Positions 1 through 10,654 of a stretch of DNA of 20,000 bases are shown piece after piece. Where the stretch lies: contig NW_014577070.1 in NCBI RefSeq assembly GCF_000485595.1, forward strand, positions 769,287-789,286, written 5' to 3'. The position numbers were made by a program, and so were the translations under genes. The notes under the pieces are model-generated. The model ran no database searches and had not been told where the DNA came from. It saw only the letters and a list, made by a program, of their open reading frames with translations. Source of the stretch: Priapulus caudatus (lineage: Eukaryota). Numbering within the stretch: the first letter of the stretch is position 1; every line of letters starts with the position of its first letter.

Positions 1-136
1 GTCCACTGACATTAATGGTTCATTTCGTGGATTAGTGCTACATGCCGATTGTAATTGCATTTGTTTAAAAGTTCAAGTGGTCTACTCATCGAGGTTCTAT
101 TGCTTGTATATGACACTAAAAAATTTCAATCATCAG

Positions 137-3100
137 GTACGAAATACAGAACAAACTATGACTTTGGATTCGTTGAAATGACATTCCTCAAACCTGGCCT
201 GAAGATGTTGGTGAAATACAAGTGTGTTGTGTAAACAAGTATGGCAGGGATGAAACAACAGGTGGCCTAAGCATTGATGCCTAATCCTGCAACTGGAGAA
301 CCACCTCAAGTTCACGACGCAACTCAACGACTGGTAAGCAATGTGGGTTAATTTACCATAATCATAACGAAGAAAAGATAAAAAATGTGACTTCGAAAGT
401 GAAATATAAATAGTTATAGTACACGAATTTTGATGTCCATTTCACGAGATATTCTAGGTGTGTCGGAAAGTTAATCATTTGAATTATTTTATGAACAATT
501 TGTTTTCTGTATTCATGTAGTTGTACCAGAAAACACAGCAGCACGACTTGGATGCCAAACTGATACCAATTAACGATCCAACCATGGTTGTTACATGGTT
601 CTTCACGAGAAACTCTTCCAACTGTATACGTACTATTCGTAATATGCATGTTGATTCTCGTAAAAATTGGGAATATCTTTGTGTAATGCCTTTCACAAAA
701 CACTAATACATGTGCAATTTTTATATAATAAAAATATGTGAAGACAAGAAATTTGTCACTGACATTAATGGTTCATTTCGTGGATTAGTGCTACCATGCC
801 GATGTAATTGCATTTGTTATAAAGTTCACAGTGGTCTCTCATCGAGGTTCTATTGCCTGTATTGACACTAAAAATTTCCAATCATCAGGTACGAAATACA
901 GAACAAACATGACTTTGGATTCGTTGAAATGGACAATTCCTTCAAACCTGGCCTGAAGATGTTGGTGAATACAAGTGTGTTGCTGTAAACAAGTATGGCA
1001 GGGATGAAACAACAGGTGGCCTAGCATTGATGCCTAGTCTGGCAACTGGAGAACACCCAAGTTACGACGCAACTCCAACGCGACTGGTTACGCATCGTGG
1101 GTTAATTTACCATAATATAACGAAGAAAAGATAAAAATGTGACTTCGAAAGTGAAATATAATAGTTATAGTACACGAATTTTGATGTCCATTTCACGAGA
1201 TATCTAGGTGTGTGGGAAGTTAATCATTTGAATTATTTTATGCAATTTTGTTTTCTGTATTCATGTAGTTGTACCAGAAAACACACCAGCACACTTGGAT
1301 GCCCAAACTGATACCAATTAACGATCCAACATGGTTGTTACATGGTTCTTCAACGAGAAACTCTTTCCAACTGGTATACGTACTATTCGTAATATGCATG
1401 TGATCTGTTAAAAATTGGGAATATCTTTGTGTAATGCTCTTTCACAAACACTAATCATGTGCAATTTTTAAATATAATAAAAATATGTGAAGACAAGAAT
1501 CTTGTCCATGAATTATGGTTCATTTCGATGTTAGTGTCTACATGCCATGTAATTGCATTTGTTATAAAGTTTCCACGTGGTCTACTCATCGAGTTCTATT
1601 GCCTGTTATTTTGAATCCACTTAAAAGAATTATCATCATCAGTGTAACCGAAATACAGACAAACTTCGACTTTGGACTTCGTTTGAAATGGACATTCCTC
1701 AAACCTGGCCTGAAGACTGTTGGGTGAATACAAGTGTGTTTGCTGTAACAAGGTTATGGCAGGGATGAAAACAGGTGGGACTCAATGTTGATGCTTAGTA
1801 CTGGAACTGGAGAACCACCAAGTTTCACGAGCAACTCAACGACCTGGTAAAGCATTCTTTTGGGTTAATTTCCATAATCATACGAAGAAAGATAACTGAA
1901 ATGTGACTTTGAAAGTGAAATATAATAGCTTTAGTACATGATTTTTATGTGCATTTTCACGAGATATTAGGTGTGTGTGAAAGTGATATCAATTTTGAAT
2001 TAATTTTATGCAATTTTGTTTTCATGTATTTATGTAGTTGTTACAGAAAACACACAGCACATTGGATGCAAAACTGATACCATTTTAACGATCAACCATT
2101 GCGTTGTTGCTGGTTCTTCAAACGGGAAACTCTTCCAACTGGTATTACGTACTGTTCGTATAGCATGTGATCTTCGTAAAAATAGGGATATCTTTGTGTA
2201 AGTGCCTTTACAAACACTATATACATGTGCATGTCTTATATAATAAAAATATGTGAAGACAAGATCTTGTTCCATTGACATTAATGGTCATTTCGTGGAT
2301 TTAGTGTACATGCCAATGTAATTGATTTGTTATAAAGTTAAAAGTGGATCTAATCTATCGAGGTTCTATTTGCTGTATTGAACTAAAAATCTCCATCATC
2401 AGTCGTAAGAATACGAACCAACTTAATTTGGCTCGTTGAAATGCATTAATCAACTGGCCTGAAGGTCTTTGTGAATACAAGTGTGTTGCTGTAAACAAGT
2501 TATGGCAGGGATGAACAACAGGGTAGCCTAGCCAGTTGATGCCTAGTCTGGAATGGATTAACACAAGTTTCCGACGCACTCCAGCGACCTGGTAAGATCG
2601 TGGAGTTAATTTACATAATTAATAACGAAAGAGAGATTAGAAATGTGACTTCGAAAGTGAACTATAATAGTATATATTTTACGGTACACGATATTGGATG
2701 TGCATTCACGAAGAATACTTAGCTGTGTGGGAAATGAATCATTTTGATTTATTTTTATGAATTTTTGTTTTCGTATTTTGTAGTTGCTTACAGAAAACGG
2801 CACCAGAACACTTGGATGCAAAACTGATACCAATTAACGTCCAACCTGGTTTGTTACATGGTTCTTCAACGACGAAACCTATTCAAATGGTTATACATTA
2901 CTATTCGTATATGCATGTGATTGTAAAATTTGGATTTCTTTGTGTAATGCCTTTCACGAAAACACTAATCTGTGCATGTTTATATAATAAAATATGTGAA
3001 GACAAGATTTGTCCCTTGAACATTTAATGGTCCATTTCATGGAATTAGTGCTAATGACAATGTTAATTGTCATTGTTATAAGTTCACAGTTGGTCTACTC

Positions 3101-3653
3101 ATCGAGGTTCTATTGCGTATTGACACTAAAATCCTCAATATCAGCGTACGAGAATATCAGAAACAACTATGACTTTGGACTCGTTGAATGGACATTAATC
3201 AAACCTGGCATGGAAGATCTTGGTGAATACAAGATGTGTTGCTGTAAACGGAGTATGGCAGGGATGAAAAACAGGTGGCACTAGCAGTGATGCCTAGTTC
3301 TGGAACTGGAGAAAACCCAAGTTCACGAGCATAACTCCAACGACCTGTAAGCATCGTGGGTTAATTTACCATAATCTAATGAATGAAGAAGATAGAAAAT
3401 GTGGACTTGACTTCTGAAAGTGGAATTAAACGTTATAGTCGGTACTACTAATTTTGCTGTGCATTGCACGAGTATTAGACTGTGTTGCGTGAAGTGAATC
3501 AATTGATTTATTTTATGCAATTTTGTTTTTTATGTTATTTATGTTAGTTGTTGACAGAAAACAGACAGGCACAATTGGGATTGCGAAACTGATAATTAAC
3601 GATCCAACCGATTGTGTTAACATGGTTCGTTCAACGAGGAAACTCTTCAACTG
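137..3653 (+). pseudogene. Five apparently frameshifted copies of the exon pair (A ~137-333, 889-1086, ~1642-1846, ~2403-2591, ~3145-3346; B ~521-624, 1269-1373, ~2038-2141, ~2783-2890, ~3548-3653); probably sequencing error rather than true pseudo-exons
   Basis: Each copy aligns by eye to intact exons 3925-4122 and 4284-4388 but carries its own private 1-bp indels. Fragments such as LDAKLIPINDPTMVVTWFF and EDLGEYK appear in the ORF track. Confidence 0.5.
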
Positions 3654-3924
3654 GTATACGTATATTCGAATAATGCATGTGATCTCGTTAAAAATTGGGA
3701 TATCTTTGTGTAATGCCTTTACAAAAACACTAATTCAATGTGCCATGTCTTAATATAATAAAAATATGTGAAGACAAGAATCTTAATTGTCCACTGACAT
3801 TAATGGTCCATTTCGTGGGATTAGTGCTACATGCCAATGTAATTGCATTTGTTATAAAGTTCACAGTGGTCTACTCATCGAGGTTCTATTGCCTGTATTG
3901 ACACTAAAAATCTCCAATCATCAG

Positions 3925-4122
3925 GTACGAAATACAGAACCAACTATGACTTTGGACTCGTTGAAATGGACATTCCTCAAACCTGGCCTGAAGATGTTGG
4001 TGAATACAAGTGTGTTGCTGTAAACAAGTATGGCAGGGATGAAACAACAGGTGGCCTAGCAGTGATGCCTAGTCCTGCAACTGGAGTACCACCCAAGTTC
4101 ACGACTCAACTCCCACGACCTG
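3925..4122 (+). CDS. sls: Exon (phase 1-1): Ig C-half + linker + start of next Ig (GTKYRTNYDFGLVEMDIPQTWPEDVGEYKCVAVNKYGRDETTGGLAVMPSPATGVPPKFTTQLPRP)
   Basis: catcag|gt... to ...cctg|gtaag, 198 nt, open frame, D-x-G-x-Y-x-C motif. Confidence 0.85.
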
Positions 4123-4283
4123 GTAAGCACCATGGGTTCATTTACAAGTATCTTTAAAAATAACCTAGAAGATATAAGAAATGTAACTTCCGAACGAATT
4201 TTGATGTGAATTTTACAAGCTATCTGTATGTTAGCTAAATCATGTGAACCATTTTATGCATTTTTATTTATTTATTTATGCAG

Positions 4284-4388
4284 TTGTACAAGAAAACACA
4301 CCAGCACACTTGGAGGCTAAACTGATACCAATTAACGATCCAACCATGGTTGTTACATGGTTCTTCAAGGGACAACCTCTTCCGACTG
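4284..4388 (+). CDS. sls: Exon (1-1): Ig N-half (VVQENTPAHLEAKLIPINDPTMVVTWFFKGQPLPT)
   Basis: atgcag| ... actg|gtaag, 105 nt. Confidence 0.88.
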
Positions 4389-4621
4389 GTAAGCTATTTA
4401 TAATATGTATGTGATACCTTTGTTTAAATCCCTTTTACGTGTAAATAATCGTGTGTTTTAATATAATATAATTATATGAAAAGAAGAATCTTATCCACTC
4501 GCATTGATTATCCATTTCATAGATTTGTGATATGCCAATGTAATTGCATTTTTTGTAAAGTTAGAGTTCTAGTCATTGAAATTCTATTGCTGGAATTGAC
4601 ACAAAAATCTCAAATCATCAG

Positions 4622-4816
4622 GTACGAAATACAGAACCAACTATGACTTTGCACTCGTTGAGCTTGATGTTGTCCCCGCATGGGGCGAGGATGAGGGTGA
4701 CTACACATGTGTGGCCGTCAACCAATGGGGTCGCGATGAAACCACTGGAGGCCTGAGTGTCCAACCTGCACCAGTGGGCGAACCACCCAAATTCATCACA
4801 CAACTACCAACACCAA
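4622..4816 (+). CDS. sls: Exon (1-1): Ig C-half + linker (GTKYRTNYDFALVELDVVPAWGEDEGDYTCVAVNQWGRDETTGGLSVQPAPVGEPPKFITQLPTP)
   Basis: catcag| ... ccaa|gtatg, 195 nt. Confidence 0.88.
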
Positions 4817-5185
4817 GTATGCCACACAGCCTCACATATTTTTGGGGGAATGTTTGCATGTATAGCATAATTAAAGCACTGTTGCATAATTAAGCACTGC
4901 ATAATTCTCCGCTTTTAAAATATCCAAGAATATTTACAAGTTAAATATAATTGCTAATTGAAATGGCTGGATGTTATTGCCTTTCCTTATACTCTTATGG
5001 TTGTGTTCTTTAGAGTACAAATTCTAGGATATTTTGTTATCGTTTGTATCTTCTTAGTATCGGCAGTAAAATAACAGAATATTATATAACCTCTTATTAT
5101 CTTACTATGATTAGTATCATTATTGCATATTGCTTACATTATTCCTATTATGGATGGTGCTAATATTATGTCTGCAATCGTGTAG

Positions 5186-5290
5186 CTGTGAAGGAAGGCG
5201 AGATTGCCCACCTTGAGGCCAAGCTCATACCACTTGGTGATCCAGACATGGTCGTGACATGGTACATTAACGACCAGCCACTCACTGCCG
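5186..5290 (+). CDS. sls: Exon (1-1): Ig N-half (TVKEGEIAHLEAKLIPLGDPDMVVTWYINDQPLTA)
   Basis: gtgtag| ... gccg|gtatg, 105 nt. Confidence 0.88.
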
Positions 5291-5450
5291 GTATGTATAA
5301 ATATGCAGTCCGCCAGAGAAATCAGCAATATTTCTTTTATCTGCCACAGGTCGTCGTGGTGCCGCGAAATCTGACGTCGAAGCAAAATGGTGTTCTGTAT
5401 GCAAAATTGACGAATGATCCTTGGGATTGATGGGCGTCTCTTTAATGAGA

Positions 5451-5570
5451 TTAATATTATATATTATGTTATAATATTATATTATTATGTCATAATATTA
5501 TATATGATAATGATATAGACATGATGTATGCGCGTTATATTATTATATATTATGTTATAATATTATATAT
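5451..5570. repeat. AT-rich low-complexity (TATTA/TATAT)-like tract
   Basis: repeated 'tattatattatgttataat' motifs in an intron. Confidence 0.7.
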
Positions 5571-5631
5571 TGTCATTTATTTTTATGAGATTAATAATAA
5601 GTCTCTCAATAACATGCGTCTCACGTTGCAG

Positions 5632-5937
5632 GAACCAAGTACCGCACCGACTACGAGTTTGGCAATGTCATACTCGACATTGTGCCGGCGTGGTCCGAGG
5701 ACATCGCCCAGTACAAGTGCGTCGCGGTGAACAAGTACGGCACCGACCAGACGGTGGGAAGCCTCAACGTGGTGGCGGCGGTCGACAAGGGCATGCCGCC
5801 CGTGTGGATCGTACCATTCAAGAACGTCGACAACGTCACCGAAGGCGAAAGCGCGTTCTTCGCGGGCAAGGTGGAACCGGCAAACGACCCCGACCTGAAG
5901 TTGGAGTGGTTCTTCAATGACAAGCCGTTTGATCTCG
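5632..5937 (+). CDS. sls: Exon (1-1): Ig C-half + next Ig N-half (GTKYRTDYEFGNVILDIVPAWSEDIAQYKC...PANDPDLKLEWFFNDKPFDL)
   Basis: ttgcag| ... ctcg|gtgag, 306 nt, GC-rich. Confidence 0.9.
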
Positions 5938-6222
5938 GTGAGTGTTGATTCGTTGCACGAATCGCGAAGATGGTTTGAAACTCCATACATTGCGTCCCAC
6001 GTATAGGATATTGTTAATTTATGGCGTTTATACGTGAAATCGGTTGTATTTGCACAAAGAAAGGTTTTGATTATATAAATTCAAAGTCTACACTTTTTAA
6101 TTCCAAGCTATCAAAGGAATTCTGCAAACGGTCTGGTAAGTTTTTGCTCTCTTAGATAAACGTCATAGAGTAGAATTCTAAATTCGTGTATGGAAATCAT
6201 TGTGTTGTCTAATATTCCGTAG

Positions 6223-6366
6223 GCTCGAGGTGCGACTGTGTTCATGAGTTTGGAAAGGTGAAAATGGACATGACGAATCTCAACCCAGACCACGCCGGTG
6301 TGTACAAGTGCAGAGCTTACAACAAGGCTGGTGAAGCGTTCACTCAAGCTAGGCTAAAGGTCAAGG
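6223..6366 (+). CDS. sls: Exon (1-1): Ig C-half (GSRCDCVHEFGKVKMDMTNLNPDHAGVYKCRAYNKAGEAFTQARLKVK)
   Basis: ccgtag| ... aagg|gtaag, 144 nt. Confidence 0.9.
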
Positions 6367-6518
6367 GTAAGCAACAAAACAAATATATTATTGAGATATG
6401 ATGTGATGGTTTCACAATCACACGTTAAGCCATACTTGGCGTGACAATTTTCGGAGTTGTTATTGTGCCTGCCGTTATGCGTCCCCCTATTTGTAACACT
6501 AGAATTTGGTGCCCATAG

Positions 6519-6684
6519 GCAAGCTTGGAATCATCACGGACACGAAGATTAGGCACACAATGGAGAAAATCAAGGATGAGGGTGGCATTGAAACGGGTGC
6601 CTTGCACTATGACTTCACCGATGATGACTTCTACCAGAAGGACAAGAACCAGCCGCCGATCTTCAAGAAGCACATCAAACACAA
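6519..6684 (+). CDS. sls: Exon (1-2): kettin-type inter-Ig linker (GKLGIITDTKIRHTMEKIKDEGGIETGALHYDFTDDDFYQKDKNQPPIFKKHIKH)
   Basis: ccatag| ... cacaa|gtaag, 166 nt, phase matches both neighbours. Confidence 0.85.
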
Positions 6685-7028
6685 GTAAGTTAAACTCTGC
6701 TGTGGGCGATCGCAACAGGATTATAGTATGCAACATAGTATGTGGCAAGCTTAACGTTGGTTGGGTCTTAATTACTCACAATGTTAAATTAATAATGTGG
6801 AGCAGTTGATAATATACATGTGGCAGTTACTATTATAATCTGTAAATACATCTTTCGGGTAGGCCCACTGTACCAGAGCAAGGAATAATCTGTTAACTCT
6901 CTATAATATACATGGTGTTATTCTCCATGTTAGTCCACATGTATACTTACAGTATCAACAGTTGATGAAAGTTATTAAATAGTTTTAGATATTTTTTTGT
7001 AAGTAATTGCCATTTTTTTACATCTTAG

Positions 7029-7138
7029 GACTGACCTTCACCAGGATCAGTTCACCAAATTTGAGGCTTTCCTCATCCCAATTGGTGATCCAAACATGAA
7101 GGTGGAATGGTTCTTCAATGGAAAACCTCTGAAGAGCG
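7029..7138 (+). CDS. sls: Exon (2-1): Ig N-half (KTDLHQDQFTKFEAFLIPIGDPNMKVEWFFNGKPLKS)
   Basis: tcttag| ... agcg|gtatt, 110 nt. Confidence 0.88.
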
Positions 7139-7356
7139 GTATTTACATTTTACCTTGCTCATAGGCAGTTAGCTACTTCACCAGCAACTTTCAAGAGACA
7201 TAAAGAAAGATAAACCACACACTGCAGACTATACTAGTAATAAATAATCATGAACGACAGTGTGATTGTTCTGTCTCGTGTTATTAATAATTGAGGTCCA
7301 GCGTCGGTTATGAAAAGTTAGTATTGACACATGCCTTTCGATCAATGTATATGCAG

Positions 7357-7500
7357 GACATAGATTCAAGCCGATCTACGACTTTGGTTATGTGGCATTG
7401 GAGATATTGTGGGTGTTCCCAGAGGACACTGGCGAGTACCTTTGCAGAGCCACTAATTTGTACGGACAGGATGAGACAAAGGCATGGTTGAAGATCATAG
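7357..7500 (+). CDS. sls: Exon (1-1): Ig C-half (GHRFKPIYDFGYVALEILWVFPEDTGEYLCRATNLYGQDETKAWLKII)
   Basis: atgcag| ... atag|gtaag, 144 nt. Confidence 0.92.
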
Positions 7501-7777
7501 GTAAGCTGACAAGTAACTAGGGAAATGACCGTCACTCAAGTTGTTGTGAATCAACAAGGCGATAATGATTGAGATATTTAACAGATGATTGTTCCCAAGC
7601 GTTGCGATACAAAATTCTCAAATTCTTAAATTAACTATTCCTCATCTACACTTTACTTTGGTACCTTAAATTGTACACGGTTTTTAATTTACTAGGTTTC
7701 CAGCTGTATTTTTTAGAAAGGTTCAGGCTAATTAGAGTGGAAGGTGTGGGTTACAAATTATGTTTTACTGCTTCTAG

Positions 7778-8043
7778 GAACGCGAAACATCATCACAGAC
7801 ACCCAATTGCCAGAGGGTATGGAAGAAGGTGTAGTCAAACTGCAGGAGATGGAGGAAGAGATGGCTAGAGCTAAGGGAGTGGAAGTGGAACAGGAGGAAC
7901 CTGATCGAATTGCTCCAGAGTTTGTCATCAAGCCACAGCAATGCAAGGCCACAGAAGGTGAACTTGCCAAGTTCGAGTGCCGTGTTAAGGGAGTGCCGAG
8001 ACCCAAGATCCAGTGGTACATCAACAACAAGCCAATCTTGCAT
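7778..8043 (+). CDS. sls: Exon (1-0): kettin-type linker + Ig N-half (GTRNIITDTQLPEGMEEGVVKLQEMEE...APEFVIKPQQCKATEGELAKFECRVKGVPRPKIQWYINNKPILH)
   Basis: ttctag| ... cat|gtgag, 266 nt. Confidence 0.92.
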
Positions 8044-8236
8044 GTGAGTATAACAGAATCGCTGTTACCTACATGAGTTTTTATGTAACCGACATAAAAC
8101 ATGTTCTTATTTCTTTATTGTGATTATGCATACTGCCTATAATGTTCATTAAGCGTACACTTAGTGGTTGACATTGCCACCAACTGTTCTGTAAGGCGTG
8201 TCGTTGCTTTCTGTAAATCCAAGTTTTGTCTTTTAG

Positions 8237-8423
8237 GGGTCACGCTACAAGCTGTCCTATGATGGCATGCACTACATGGAGATTCCCAAAACCAAGCAGT
8301 ATGACCATGGAGAGGTGAAGGTTGTTGCAAGGAACTCGGAGGGAATGTGCATAGCGAAGAGTGTACTGCACATCGAAGCTAGAACTGACGACTATCGTTC
8401 CGTCTTGAAGTCGACCAAGAAAC
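8237..8423 (+). CDS. sls: Exon (0-1): Ig C-half (GSRYKLSYDGMHYMEIPKTKQYDHGEVKVVARNSEGMCIAKSVLHIEARTDDYRSVLKSTKK)
   Basis: ttttag| ... aaac|gtaaa, 187 nt. Confidence 0.88.
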
Positions 8424-8637
8424 GTAAAGCAACAACAACTAATGGCTATAAAAACTATGAAACTAATTATGTTATTATAACTGTATTATATCTGTGGTGT
8501 CCCTAGCACTTCTCAAATTTCTGTCATGTTACTTCCTCTTCTTCTTACTCTGCTTATCTTCGGCAATCTCAAATTGACGTTGTTGATAATCTTGTCAACG
8601 TAAGTTAATCAAGCATCTTTATTGTAATTCATTGTAG

Positions 8638-8789
8638 CCTCAAAGGAAATCACCTACACACTGCCACATCGGGAGGAGAGAGTGAAATTACCATCACCTG
8701 AACTGGAAACGACGCCAGATGGCGAGGTTACTGTAGAGGACTTAGAAGGACTGCAGTTCCTGCCCCATGTTATGCCATCAAAGAAGAAG
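8638..8789 (+). CDS. sls: Exon (1-0): unique linker (PSKEITYTLPHREERVKLPSPELETTPDGEVTVEDLEGLQFLPHVMPSKKK)
   Basis: ttgtag| ... aag|gtaat, 152 nt; needed to reconcile the phases of the flanking exons. Confidence 0.82.
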
Positions 8790-8991
8790 GTAATTCTTTT
8801 CTATTCTAAAGAATAATATTAGTGGCATAAATTTTGATGATGTTTCTCGTGAGCAATTGACACATTTGTTCCCAGGATGTACTCATGAACTCACCTGAAC
8901 CAAATTAATGCATCATTCTACGTAGGATTAGCCCAGTGTATGCATGTATCTTGAGTAGAATTTTTTTTCACATATTTGCTGTTATTTTCAG

Positions 8992-9165
8992 GAGAAGAAA
9001 CTGGAGAAGAAGACAGAGAAACCAGTGTTCATCAAGATGATCGATCACTGCAGAGTAACTGAGAGTACACCAGGCAAATTCGTGTGCACATTCAAGGGCG
9101 ACCCCATGCCTGACATCTTCTGGTACAGAGAAGGCTACCAACTGCAGGATACCAGCGAATTCCAG
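8992..9165 (+). CDS. sls: Exon (0-0): Ig N-half (EKKLEKKTEKPVFIKMIDHCRVTESTPGKFVCTFKGDPMPDIFWYREGYQLQDTSEFQ)
   Basis: tttcag| ... cag|gtata, 174 nt. Confidence 0.9.
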
Positions 9166-9282
9166 GTATATACGGTAGATTAATATCGTGGACCAAATAC
9201 ACACATACTACCCATATTTCAATTAAAATAATTAATGCAAGTGGTATAGGCACTTTCACTGGTATTTTTTAATCTATTTCAG

Positions 9283-9412
9283 ATTACCATCAAGGAAGGC
9301 TGGAGTCAACTGATCGTGAAGAACTGTGAATTGGAGGACAGTGGTATTTTCACTGCCAAGGTTCTCAATTGCCATGGCTGGAACGAATGTAAAGCAAACC
9401 TGGTCGTGGAAG
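9283..9412 (+). CDS. sls: Exon (0-1): Ig C-half (ITIKEGWSQLIVKNCELEDSGIFTAKVLNCHGWNECKANLVVE)
   Basis: tttcag| ... gaag|gtggg, 130 nt. Confidence 0.88.
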
Positions 9413-9566
9413 GTGGGTCTCATCTTTCAAATAGTTTTACTATAGAAAATCTCAACTTTATCATTATGCACATTCAGTCTTATAATTACTAATTAGAAAT
9501 TCTATGCAAATTACCACCTTTCCAGTAAATGGTACAAATAATCAACGTGTCTTTGGTTCACTACAG

Positions 9567-9700
9567 AGGCTCAGATGGGAGAAGTGCCTCCATGCTTCAC
9601 CAAGGTACCGGATGATGCTAACCCTATTGGGCCTAAAGTCCCGGTCAAGTTCACATGCAAAGTTTCTGGCTCTGCGCCACTCACTGTCTTCTGGGAGAAG
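9567..9700 (+). CDS. sls: Exon (1-0): Ig N-half (EAQMGEVPPCFTKVPDDANPIGPKVPVKFTCKVSGSAPLTVFWEK)
   Basis: ctacag| ... aag|gtacg, 134 nt. Confidence 0.88.
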
Positions 9701-9867
9701 GTACGATAATCTAACCATTTGCCTTTTTTTTCAAATTAGTAAGGCAGCTTCAAACTGACTGGTGAGGATATTAACAATGCTGACGAACCAAATTGCAACA
9801 ATTACGACATCGGTCATTCCGTTTAGTAATGTCAGCTTCAATCGTCAATGTTGGTTGTATCTGTCAG

Positions 9868-10003
9868 GATGGCAAGAAGATCGACGAAACATTTGCCAGC
9901 GTCAAGGTTGTCGACGAAGGCCCTGGTGTTCACACGTTGCTCATCCATGAGACGCAGGAGTTCCACAATGGCATCTACGAGTGCGTCGCACAGAATAATG
10001 CCG
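9868..10003 (+). CDS. sls: Exon (0-1): Ig middle (DGKKIDETFASVKVVDEGPGVHTLLIHETQEFHNGIYECVAQNNA)
   Basis: tgtcag| ... gccg|gtaag, 136 nt. Confidence 0.9.
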
Positions 10004-10050
10004 GTAAGCTGCATAAATACAGCTTGTTCAGTTTGCATTGAAATAATACA

Positions 10051-10097
10051 TAGTACAGTGTAGTATAGTATAGTATAGTATAGTGCAGTGCAGTGCA
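10051..10097. repeat. Pentanucleotide microsatellite (TAGTA/CAGTG)n
   Basis: tagtacagtgtagtatagtatagtatagtatagtgcagtgcagtgca. Confidence 0.85.
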
Positions 10098-10146
10098 TTT
10101 TTGCCATGTTTTACTGCATTTTCCATCGTCATCATGTTCGTTTCAG

Positions 10147-10308
10147 GCGAGGCTCGCTGCAAGGCAGAGGTGTACGTGCTGATTCCACAGGAGGTACCCG
10201 ACCTGCTACCCGACTATGTCGCACCTAAATTGATGACACCCATGCAGAACCAGATAGTGCAGCAAGGCCAGGAGGCAGTCTTCCGGTGCAGGATCACCGG
10301 GGAGCCCG
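10147..10308 (+). CDS. sls: Exon (1-1): Ig end + next Ig start (GEARCKAEVYVLIPQEVPDLLPDYVAPKLMTPMQNQIVQQGQEAVFRCRITGEP)
   Basis: tttcag| ... cccg|gtgag, 162 nt. Confidence 0.9.
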
Positions 10309-10654
10309 GTGAGTAACGTGCAGTGCCGCCATATTTGTTTCTCTTGGTGCGAACTGCAGGTGCAAGTTTGCCATTTGGCAGTGGTGTGCAGTTCCTAATC
10401 GGGAACATATTCCGTTCATTCGAACTCTATAGCTCAGTAGCTTCGAGTAATATGTTGGTCAAACCCACGTGGTATCACGCAGCAGGTCTGCATCTCGTTG
10501 AGACGGTCCAGCGCTGTTCTTCTCAAAGGCGTAATTGCGAATATACCTGAACCCCGCTTTTCACTGCTACACTGTCAATCTAATGCAGTTCTAAAAGTTT
10601 TCACATGCAAACGTACGGAAATTTTAAACGCGACTGCCTCATTTCGCTTCTCAG

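Larger units (their letters stand above)
1..4492 (+). repeat. Tandem array of ~750-780 bp units, each holding two exons and two introns (one Ig domain per unit)
   Basis: The anchor 'gtccactgacattaatggt(t/c)catttcgtgg' recurs at ~1, 755, 1504, 2269, 3011 and 3789. A more diverged partial copy starts at ~4493. Introns are as similar between copies as exons. Confidence 0.95.

Noticed and set aside
137..4388. Dscam-like mutually exclusive exon cluster
   Set aside because: Exons alternate A-B-A-B and join into consecutive domains. Copies are near-identical apart from indels, so they offer no variant repertoire, and I saw no docking/selector elements.
1..4492. CRISPR array, diversity-generating cassette or satellite DNA
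   Set aside because: Units are ~760 bp with no repeat-spacer structure and contain spliceosomal exons and introns of the host gene.
5570..5990. Overlapping ORFs of 111-135 aa on both strands
   Set aside because: These are shadows of the GC3-rich exon 5632-5937, which has few stops in alternative frames; no recognisable protein.
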